A stretch of DNA of 60,778 nt, counting the filler, from Trichosphaerium sp. ATCC 40318 (taxonomy: Eukaryota; Protista; Tubulinea): the NCBI GenBank assembly GCA_038496445.1. It is 3 parts of 3 records of this genome, joined end to end, with 100 filler letters (N's around TTAATTAATTAA, not from the genome) between each part and the next. Parts side by side here need not be neighbours in the genome. Positions count along the whole stretch, not along the records: positions 44,805 to 60,778 come from JALMLS010000433.1; 2 more parts are not named here. One strand, 5' to 3'. The first letter of the stretch is position 1, and each line of letters opens with the position of its first letter. The notes under the pieces were generated by a model. It saw nothing but the letters and a program-made list of their open reading frames with translations, was not told the origin of the DNA and did no database searches. The translations under genes were made by a program, and so were the position numbers. Positions 45,738 through 56,061 of the stretch are shown piece after piece.

Positions 45738-46925
45738 CTAGACTTTAAAACAATTAATTGAATGTACTCCAGGAAGTGCCTTGAGGCCTTCATCTGTTAT
45801 ACGGCAACCTACAAGATTAATTGTATGTACTCCAGTAAGTGCTTTTAACCCTTCATCTGTTATTAGCCAACAGCATGTAAGATCAATTGAATGTACTCCA
45901 GAGAGTGCTTTTAACCCTTCATCTGTTATTAGCCGACACCATGCAAGATCAATTGAATGTACTCCAGAGAGTGCTTTTAACCCTTCATCTGTGATACTGC
46001 GACACCTTCTAAGATTAATTGTATGTACTCCAGAAAGTGCCTTGAGGCCTTCATCTGTTATATCGCAACCTGCAAGATTAATTGTATGTACTCCAGTAAG
46101 TGCCTTGAGGCCTTCATCTGTTATATCGCAACCTGCAAGATTAATTGTATGTACTCCAGTAAGTGCTTTTAACCCTTCATCTGTTATTAGCCAACACCAT
46201 ACAAGATCAATTGAATGTACTCCAGAGAGTGCTTTTAACCCTTCATCTGTGATATTGTGACACTTTCTAAGATTAATTGTATGTACTCCAGAAAGTGCCT
46301 TGAGGCCTTCATCTGTTATATCGCAACCTGCAAGATTAATTGTATGTACTCCAGCAAGTACCTTGATACCTTCATCTGTTATACTGTGACATTTACTAAT
46401 AGTAATTGTGTGTATGCCAGCAAATGACTTTAGGCCTTCATTTGTTATATTGGTGTCAAAGAGCTCAATTTCAGTCACTCCAGTAAATGCTCTGGCAACC
46501 ACATCAGAAATGGAGGTTCCAAAAAGTTTGATTCTTGAGTGTTGGAGAGTACTTGAATATTGTATAGCCACTAGAGCTTGAGAGGGTCTTGAAATACAAA
46601 CACTATCATATCCGATAATGTCGTGAACGATAGAAGCAAGGCGATGACATGTCTGGCATGCTGCAATCCTTGCTTTCGTCGTTTTGAGCAAAATATATGC
46701 TAAAATCTCAGTCGGGAGGTCTAAAAGGTCACTTGTTTGGCAAGGCGTAATCCTTGGTTTCGTCGTTTTAAGCAAAATATATGCTAAAACCTCAGTCAGG
46801 AGGTCTAGGCCACGTGTTTGCCAAGACGTAATCATTGCTATCGTTTTTTGATAAATATGCGCTAAAATATCTATCAGGAGTCCTAAAACGCTTTTCTTAA
46901 CACTACAGTGAGTTAGCATGCGCAA
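45738..46925 (-). CDS. Intronless F-box plus leucine-rich-repeat protein
   Basis: F-box LLDLPTEILAYILLKTTKARIAACQTCHRLASIV preceded by two degenerate copies; about 9-10 LRRs ITDEGLKALSGVH(T/S)I(N/D)L..C encoded by 72/75-bp near-identical units. Confidence 0.88.
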   Translation of the reverse strand: MRMLTHCSVKKSVLGLLIDILAHIYQKTIAMITSWQTRGLDLLTEVLAYILLKTTKPRITPCQTSDLLDLPTEILAYILLKTTKARIAACQTCHRLASIVHDIIGYDSVCISRPSQALVAIQYSSTLQHSRIKLFGTSISDVVARAFTGVTEIELFDTNITNEGLKSFAGIHTITISKCHSITDEGIKVLAGVHTINLAGCDITDEGLKALSGVHTINLRKCHNITDEGLKALSGVHSIDLVWCWLITDEGLKALTGVHTINLAGCDITDEGLKALTGVHTINLAGCDITDEGLKALSGVHTINLRRCRSITDEGLKALSGVHSIDLAWCRLITDEGLKALSGVHSIDLTCCWLITDEGLKALTGVHTINLVGCRITDEGLKALPGVHSINCFKV

Positions 46926-47896
46926 ATAGACCTATTTTAAACATACGTTTGCTTTTTTGTGGTTACCTGCCTTTTTGACATCACGTGAGGCTTTAAGGGT
47001 AGTTTTATTACTAAATAGTTGCGCTAGATAGTCCCGAAGTTTGACTGTAAGAGCTGTTGCTACTGAGTTGAAAGTTAAGTGATTCTGCTTTACAATGTTG
47101 CGTTCTACATGTCATTAATCTTGGAAAGTATCACGTCATCTGATCAATGTGATTGACTTGTATGACTAGACAAGACTGAGAAAACAAAGCACCTGGCGTT
47201 GAAAAGCTAACTTTTCGGTCAAATTCGGAATTTGACAGCACAATGCAATTCAAATAACCTAAAAACACTGAATACGAAGTACTGACGTACAGTACCATGT
47301 CCTGGGTTGTTCCTCTTGAAACCAAAGGAGGAAACACATGGTGAGAAACAACAAGCTCTGATGCGTTATTTATAAAGCAAAAATGGCGTCACGCGTACAG
47401 AGGATACTATGAGAGTGCGTTTGTATTAACTTTTGTACTACAGTACTCAACTATCGCTAATATATTCTAGCATCCGTTACACGCGTGGGGGGGATTTTTT
47501 AGGCCATCTAAGAGCCATCGCATTATTATTAACAGAAAACCGTATTATCAAGTGGCAATTGCCCAATCTTTGCCTGATATTAACTGTGTGTGGGCTTGGA
47601 TATCATTAAACATAACGCAGAGGTAATCAATTAGATTTGTGATCTGTAAATCGCTTTTGCCCTGTCTTCTCTTGGATTCGTTGATATTTCTACTAGGCTA
47701 TCAACAGATCTAGACTCAGTTGACAGTAATTTCTTACATTTTATCTTCTTAAAATTAGCAAAAACAAGGCACGTGCGCAAAGTGACTCGAGTGTCAAAAC
47801 ATGCCAATACAAAATTACAATGTTGGTTGAGCTAATAGCGACCACTGTTGCAGTACTTTATAACATCTGAGTTCTTGTTTGGCATAACTAAATATT

Positions 47897-48175
47897 TTGC
47901 CCACTTTTAGAAATAGGACGCCCAATGATATCTCACCTCTTCCAGACAGTTTTTTCCCATCTATTATTACGACTGTTGAAAACAGAAGGCAACAACACAA
48001 CCTTCATGTAGAACGTAAAATACCAGTATGTGTTATATGTTATACTGATGAGAGTCATTGTGCATTGAAACCTTGTAATCACGTTGCAGTATGTAAAGAT
48101 TGTTCATCGTTTGTCAAAACTTGTCCTATATGTAGAACAAAAGTTCAAGCTGTAGAGCGTGTGTTTGTAGCATAG
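47897..48175 (+). CDS. C-terminal C3HC4 RING (IAP/MGRN1-type) domain; 5' end not resolved
   Basis: CVICYTDESHCALKPCNHVAVCKDCSSFVKTCPICRTKVQAVERVF-A-stop. Confidence 0.8.
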   Translation: MPTFRNRTPNDISPLPDSFFPSIITTVENRRQQHNLHVERKIPVCVICYTDESHCALKPCNHVAVCKDCSSFVKTCPICRTKVQAVERVFVA

Positions 48176-48997
48176 AAATCTGATTGTAAAATAAATAGTA
48201 GAAGACAGTACTGGGATAAAAATCTAGTTAAGGTTTTTTGTTAGATCCTAAGTGACCTTCCCACTTTTTTCTTACATTTTTTCTACGAGTTTGTCTGATC
48301 TATCAACAGACGCTTAACCTTCAGTGCCATGCTCATTCGTGCTGGCACTTCTGTAAGAGCCTCCTGTGGGAACGCCAAATAACAAAAGCCGAAGAAAAGA
48401 TAAAGAGAACAATGAAGCTTGTACAGTTTCCTGAACACAACGCCACTATTAATCTACGTGCCATTCATAAAACCGTGTACGTTCCATTTTGTTGTAGTAT
48501 AACACAAAATAATGTTTGTAATTGTTTAAAACATACGTAATTCGATGTATGAGTAGCTGGTAAACTATTTATTGTATTAAAACGTGACAGCTTTATACTA
48601 TTAAGACACAGAAATTTGAACTTTTTTAAATACTTTTAAGTTTGTTCGCTACCGCAAACGCACCCATTTAATAACCCATAAGCTACGCTTAATATATAAG
48701 CCTATTCTTTGTTCAATTGATTCATGCACTACAATAGACAACCGTGCCTGGTCGCTTTGGCGTGGCTTTTTTTTTTTCTACTATCTGTTGTGTTAGCTTG
48801 TGTACTCCATAAACAGTGATTTTGTGGCTATTGATGACACTCACAACAAATACAAACAGAGCACAACAGAACGCAATTCCTATCTAAAAGATACGAATTC
48901 TTTGGTGAAATCTCGGGCCAAGTTATGCAATCTCGGATTGAATGAAAATGTGCATTACATGTTAAGATTGTATCATCACATCAAAACTCCAATAACA

Positions 48998-50246
48998 ATG
49001 TATCTACGCCCACTTCTCCTTTGTTTCTTGCTTTCATCTCTTGTATTATTATCAAGAGCTCAAACTACAGCTGTTGTAGCCTATTACCTAAATAGCGGTA
49101 CCAATACTGTTCAACAATTTGATCTGGAGTCTGGAGCACTTGTGGCTCTCGTAAGTTGCCACTTCTTCTGCTTATGTATTAACAACGTAATATAGCGTGT
49201 GTTTCCACGGATGACTTCCTTACTTCTGTGAGTGCGTAATAGCCAAGTTTTTTCTATTTACAAACATCTTTTTTTTTTTTATCTCTCACGTGATCAACCA
49301 GGGGATTGTTTTGTAGTTTTCAGTCTTTTTTTAGCTGTACATTCCTTTTGTTACCCCTCCAACCACACGAGGTTTTTCTACAATATATTAACTCATTAGC
49401 ATATCTGCAAAATGGCAATATTGCTGTAGCTTATCAGATTTTACCTGATGATTTTGGTGCTGTACAAACTTTTGAAACCAGGAAGCTGCACCCCCGTACG
49501 TTAAAGATAAAGAAGAATCTACCATTATTAGTAACGCAATATTGAAGATAGACTAATGCCGTGAAATGGAGCAATGCATGAATGGCCCAAATACAAACAT
49601 GAATATCGATTCCTATAACGGGTACAATGTATGGTACCATAGACGACAGTGTTGCCGTCAATTCTTTCACATCGATGTGTGAAGGTAACCCTATATGTTC
49701 ACGTGTTGTAACAGGACCCCCAACTGTGGCTCCAAGTGCGGTTATTAAAAAACGTGTTGATTGTTGTTTACCTGTTATCTTCTAGCTGTTGTAATTGGTC
49801 CAATATCATACATGGGATATGGCGGTATGATTGTGCGTTCTAGGTTAGCAGAAAATCCACCTGACGAGTGTCCAACTTTTGGATCAGGAATCGCAACATC
49901 ATGTACCAACATTAAAGGTACAGAACCTTTTGCTGATATAACTCTGTAACATTGTTTTACTAGGAATGGCTGTATATGATAGCACACATCCTTGTTGTTT
50001 GTGGATCAGAAGAAATGGGAGCGTCATATATGTACAATACAAATTCTGGAGCTTTGACAGCAAGTGGATTTGCTCAGATACCAACTCCAGATGATATGGT
50101 TGGCTTGTCTATCACGCCATGCAAACCGTACCTTTTTAATACTTGTGTTCTTTCTTTTCATCGCATTCTTACTTTTATCTAGAAGTCAGGTTGATAGTGC
50201 AATGCGTATAGCTCTACTTTCAGGTTCAAGTGGTTATGGCAAATAA
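48998..50246 (+). CDS. Hypothetical secreted protein, multi-exon (extent approximate)
   Basis: Signal peptide MYLRPLLLCFLLSSLVLLSRAQ followed by GT..AG-bounded exons (ORF fragments 49761-49949, 49976-50182). Confidence 0.5.
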
Positions 50247-50699
50247 TATTAGTACCTAAAGTCCAGGATTAAATAAAAACTTGAGCGGTTCTTTTTTTCA
50301 AAACGTACCTCATTGTTATTTGGCGCAATCCCTTTGGATCGCCTTGTCTATACATATAATTGGGGTGATGTCTTTCTTGTATAAAATTTATTGGTGGCGG
50401 AGACATAGCACAGCTGTAAAGCTGCACACCCGTAGTGTGATAGATTTGATGCAAATGTGCACTATGTGCAAACAAATTTCAGGTCAAAAACCCATTAACA
50501 ATGTATCTCCGGCTACTTCTCCTTGTTGCTTTCTTCTATTGTATTAATATCAAGCTCTCAAACTGGACGCCTTGCAGCTGTAGGATACAATGATGGAACT
50601 TTTCAAGTTCTATTCGTTCAAATTCTCTACTTTTTTTTCCCAACGCGTTGCAACTGTATCTTAATAGGCGTGTACGATGTCTGATAGCAAACATGAGCC

Positions 50700-51090
50700 A
50701 AAGGTAAACAAGTAAAAGCGATTTTTTTTTAAGTGAATAAAAACGTACATTAGGATGACGGTGGCACCCATAATCATAGTGTTCGAGCATGTTCTGCATA
50801 TCAACATAGTGAACAATAGCTGTTGAGGAACTTACGACATTTCTAATGTATTGACAGCTATCACCGCTGGTCATTGGACCACAAACAACAAATATTTGAG
50901 TTTCAGGTTGGTTCTTTGATACAATGAAATTAATAAACTCGTGATAGCCTAGTAGAATATGACGAGAGTGAGGCACAATCAACGAAAAACAAGCTGACAA
51001 GGTACCTGATTCAAAGCCTTCTTGTGGCAGATGAGGTCGTGTACTGAAGTCGTTGGTACCCAAATTGATTACAATAGCCAATGCCAAAAG
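50700..51090 (-). CDS. SGNH/GDSL hydrolase, CE2-like, C-terminal fragment (possibly a pseudogene)
   Basis: IVINLGTNDF (block III), IFVVCGPM and YGCHRHPNV (cf. GCDWHP). N-terminal GDS block not seen. Confidence 0.65.
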
Positions 51091-51189
51091 GTAAGCAACT
51101 CCAAGAAACTAATCACTAATACAGCTTGGTTTATTGGGAGCCTTTTTTCACTGGGTCTGGTCGTTTTTCTTCGTAAGAGGATATGCACA

Positions 51190-52394
51190 GTATATTGCCG
51201 ACAAATTCAACGCAGATATTTACCAAGAATGTTGGTAAGGACGTAGTAAGGTAAAGAACAGTTTAGAAACCAATAGCAAAACGTTTTCAAGTACAAGGAT
51301 CCGTTCCAAGTACACCGTATGAGCAAGTCCAATAAACTCTATCCTTCTTTACTTTTGCATGCGTGGCATATCAAGTACTATTGTACCAGTTTCCATGATC
51401 CTTCAATAAAACTCTAAACAAGATCATGAGTAACACCAGAATAGTAGCTATAACGTACATTTCAAACTCGTAGACATGGATACCCTTCAATGGTCCATCT
51501 CTGACTGTTATTGCCAAGTATTTATCATCGTCATCAATTGCAACCTGTCCAATGAAACTACTATCCACAGTAACGCTTCCATCAGCATTTGTAACATTAA
51601 ACCCAGTGAGAAATTGATAAGCGAACCCAAAAGCTTGATAAACAACCTGAAGGTAAGTTAAAGAAAAAGTAGTGCTGATACTTGCTTTGCTTACAATGGT
51701 GCTAAATGCTCCACCGCCAACATAAAGAATGTCACCCTTAAAAACAAGGCCTTGATATGAGTAAGTGAAACAAAGAGTGAAAGATAAGTTCAAAGTCCAA
51801 TGATCCTCACCCCCTGCTCAAAGCTTGAATCAAGCCTTGAACCCAGATTGATTTGTGCAGGCACCCCTTAAAAAACCTATTTAAAAAGTTAACAATGTTC
51901 CATTTTTCAGTCCGTTGTAACTCATAACCTAAATAATTTCCGTTCCTCATATTTGATAAAATGGATGCTATCACTTGAATTTCATATTTGATGCTTGTTA
52001 GAATGTACTGAATGCTCGTAGTGATGAACAAATACAAGCCAAAAAATGCGATTGTCGCGACATGTTTGTTGTCAATAATCCGGGTCAATTCCTCACATTA
52101 CTTGCGTACCAATGGCATTCGGATCTACTTCAAATACTGAACCTGAAAAGCTCCCCTAGAACCTTTCCTGGCTTTGGTGACGCTGTCATTGAGAAGTATG
52201 TTTGAGCATTCGCAACACCTCATCAAAATGTCTTAGAAGAGAAGACGTTAAATGAAGTCTTATATACGAGCGTCGAACAACCACGAAAGCAAGTTCAGCA
52301 GTAAAAAAGAGAAAATATCTCCAATGTTCGTGTACGAAACTAAAGAACATGTACGTAACAGCACACATAGGACTGCAAATAATAACAATCGCAT
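51190..52394 (-). CDS. Hypothetical secreted multi-exon protein (extent approximate)
   Basis: Signal-peptide-like MRLLLFAVLCVLLRTCSL at 52394; exon-like ORF pieces at 51371-51793 and 51807-52088. Confidence 0.4.
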
Positions 52395-52870
52395 TTCTCC
52401 TTTATCTAAACTAAACAATTCGCCTGTTTAACCAGTGTGAGATACAAAACAGTTCTTTGTGACACTATTGATCGCTTGTTATGAGAATGTGAACACCACG
52501 TTCGTACGTACCACTTGTTACTTGTCTGTAACGAAGATCGGAAGTGTTCAATACTCAATTTAGGAAGGTCCTTTTTTGATGAAAAATGGCTTAAAATGAT
52601 AAAATCATTCCACTGTTTTCTGTAAGTATAGATCGGTTTTCGAATACAACGCCATCCCCAGTATCAAATACAATCGTTTGTCAGTCTTCTAGCACAATGG
52701 TTCTTTGAGGAAACGAACCGTCAGCGGCGGTAAATAAAACGCATTCGAGTGTGATGTAACTTGTGTAGAGTGTCAAACAGATTGAAGGTGTTTTCCCCTC
52801 AAATGTCAGGCCTTAAGCACGTTAAGTTTCTCATACAGCTGTTTCAAACGCTTACAAATCCTCGACGTGC

Positions 52871-55096
52871 ATGACAGACTACGCTGATAATTTTTGGGTG
52901 CGTTTAAACCTAAATCTGGGTACAAATTATAACATTAAGGCTCTGTAGGGTCCCGGGGGTGCAGACGTGCTTCTAAACCGCGCAGCGGAGAGTAAACAAG
53001 CACTTGATGAACTTGGTAATTTTGTATCTTCTTTATCCAAAGTAGAGGAGCAACACGCATCAGCGCTCGAGAAACTAGTTAAATCACATGCTTCTAAGTT
53101 AGTTCAATTAGAACAAGGATACAGGCACGTAAACACGCGTTAATATACTTCTAATACAGTCACAGCACGTTAACTACGTTAATGCAGACACTTGTTGATG
53201 TTACCAATCAAAAAGCACAACACCACCAGTACGCGCGTTATAAAACGGTTTATTTAAAGCGTATTACACTTAAAAATACTAATAGCACATTTTTACATGT
53301 AAAAAACACCGTATTGTTTTGGTTAACGTTTGATTTTTAGTGCATTGGCTGCATCGCTTAAAACTGGGCTAGCTTCAGAGATTGGTATATTCTCAAAGCA
53401 ACAAGCAAGCGAAAAAAAAGAAGTGGTTGCTACAGCATCAAAAGCAAATAAAGAGTATACCAAATACTACTCGTCAGTAATGAAGGTAAGTGTTAATTTT
53501 TTCTTTTGATAGAAACGTCTCCACAATAAATTCCAAAACAGGCTTTGTTTATCCACGAAATTAGAAAAAAATCTAAATACAAACTAAAACGCTCCAGCTA
53601 TACTTCCTTTTGTTTATACTTATGTTTACAGGCTAAAGATCATCACTATAAAATGTGTCAAGCCAGTGAAGAGAGTGATAATAAACTTAAACAAGCCCAA
53701 GCATCGGGATCATCAAAACTAGCAAAGGTACGACTTATGTGTAGTATTAAATTATTGACAACATGTCAAGATGGAGAAATTACAAGTTAAGGCACACAAA
53801 CAGAAGGAGTCTTCTGATAATGAGTATAAAGGATGTGTTGATAAATTAGTTAATTTTAGACCAGAATGGGAGAGGACTACACGTGCTGCGTTTGCTGTAT
53901 GCAAAGTTTTCTATTTCACATACTAAATTTAACACAGAAAATGCAAACAATCGAGAAAGCCCGTATTGATTCCACAGCGATGTTTGCTTCTAAATTAGCT
54001 TCGATACTAAATGAACATGAAGAAAAGATACCAAAAGAGACTCAAAGTATTATTGATAGTGCGGACAAGTACGTATAAACAAAATCTATCTCCCGATGTC
54101 TTACAATATTTTTTAAGCGTTGATTCTGATAACAATTTGACTACTTGGATTTCTGCGAATCAAACTGGTACAGAAATGCCAGGAATGCCCAAATATGTTG
54201 CTTATGGTGACCCTGATGATGTACGAATGGATTATGTTTGTTGAACCGCAAGATTAATTGTTTGCTTTAGCAAGTAGCAGAAGCGCCTGTTCGTGTTTCT
54301 ATCAGAAAACAGAAAGGTCTTTTTACAAACTTTATACCATTTGTGGGTAATAGGTCAGCACCACCATCTACAAGATCATCTGTAAGGCCAGCACCAGAAA
54401 AAACAAAACCAAAACCTGCTCCTACTGCAGCAGCACCAGCGCCAGTTAAGGCAGAATCAGGTAGCTTATCTTAGAAAAAAATTGTTACGGCTTACAAATA
54501 GTTTTAGAGAGTTCCTCTATTCCGCCACCACCAAACCACCCGCCAGCAAATCCTATGGCGTCTAATAAAGCTGGACCACCATCAAAGGCACCACCAATGG
54601 CGCCACCTGTAGCGCCACTATCAATTCCTGCCGGAGGTACGATTTAAAACGAACCAAATAGAATATCTAAGTATATATGTATGTATGTTTTAAACGAACG
54701 AATTATTAGTCAACCCAGAACCTGATATGCCCTCACCTTCTCGAGCACCTCCTTCACCTACTAAGCATCATTTAGAAGAAGAACCAGAAGAACTTGAAGA
54801 GGTATGTTACACTAGGGTGGCGTAAAATTGTGGGGGGTTTTTTTACTAACATTAACACAGTACGATGAGATTTATTGTATTGCTTCATATGATTATGATG
54901 CTACAGATGAAACAGAACTTTCTTTTAAAGAAGGTGATCGTATACTCATATATGAACAAGATGAGTCCGGTTGGTGGACTGGTACGCTAACATCAGTTCC
55001 GCTTTGATTGACTTTTTTTTTCTTCCTTTAGGTGAGCTTAACCAAAAGGCTGGTTTGTTCCCTTCTAATTTTGTAGCTCTTGAAGAAGCTGCTTAA
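52871..55096 (+). CDS. F-BAR (FCH) plus proline-rich region plus SH3 protein (PSTPIP/PACSIN-like), multi-exon
   Basis: MTDYADNFW|GPGGADVLLNR...LDELGNFV...VEEQHASALEKL (FCH); Pro-rich exons; SH3 CIASYDYDATDETELSFKEGDRILIYEQDESGWWTG|ELNQKAGLFPSNFV. Confidence 0.9.
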
Positions 55097-56061
55097 AACT
55101 TAATATATTAATAGCGTTGGTAACCAAAGGCCAAGTTAGTTTAGCAACAATGTACAGTATTTTCAACAGAAAAAAGAAAAAATTAAGAAAAAAACTAGTC
55201 TTTGTTATTGTCAGTAACAGGCCTACCAGAGGTGGGACTTTTCCAGTGACATTTTTGGACGTTTTGTTGTTTCACCAAGTCACAAACAACCAAGGATCTT
55301 GATAACAGGTCAACTAATGACTAACTGCATAGGGTCGGATATTGTTTCTGTGTTTTCCGGAAAGCAATTCCAAAAAAGGACCGAATACCAAACTTGGAAC
55401 TTGCCTTAAAAATTGTCATTTTTTAAATGTGAGCACCCTCACGCCTGTCGAGTGAATCCAACCGTTTCAAACCCACGTGATTTAACAAACCCTTAGCAAA
55501 AAATTTTATTTACATATTTGACGCCGCGTTTACAAAGCCTACAGCAACGCTGGCGGTGTTTTGGAGGTTTTAACGTTATTACACTGCCTTGCCATTTGGA
55601 TGCTGCCATAGCGCTTTTGTTAGCGTGGGGTAGGTGCTAGCGCTAGTTAGTTATACACGTACGTTGATTTTTTTGAAGCAAACATAAAGCAAACAGTGTT
55701 TGAGGCATACCGTGTTTGGCAGTAATGCGATAGCTTTGTAGGACATCACCCTTTTTAATTCGCTTTTAGCGCTTTGAACACTTCTGTGGTTTGATCGTAC
55801 CGTGTACAGTTTGAGTTTGTAAAATGCTGCGATCATCTTCCATGGTATGTTGAAACTTACATTGAAAATTTTGCTATCACTTACCGTAAGGTACCTAAGT
55901 CATACAATGAAGGACAGCATTGTAACACAAATAGTTCACATTGTGATAGATCTACACCATTTGACAGAAGTGTCAGATTTTGCTAGATCTGCTAAAAGTG
56001 CTAAAAACACTTTCCAGAAAATTGTAGACTAAAACTTGAATGAAACATACAATACGTTTTT

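Noticed and set aside
45781-46400. Regular 72/75-bp repeats resembling a CRISPR array, and the 159-aa plus-strand ORF
   Set aside because: In-frame LRR coding repeats with no unique spacers, in a eukaryotic context; the plus-strand ORF is their antisense shadow.
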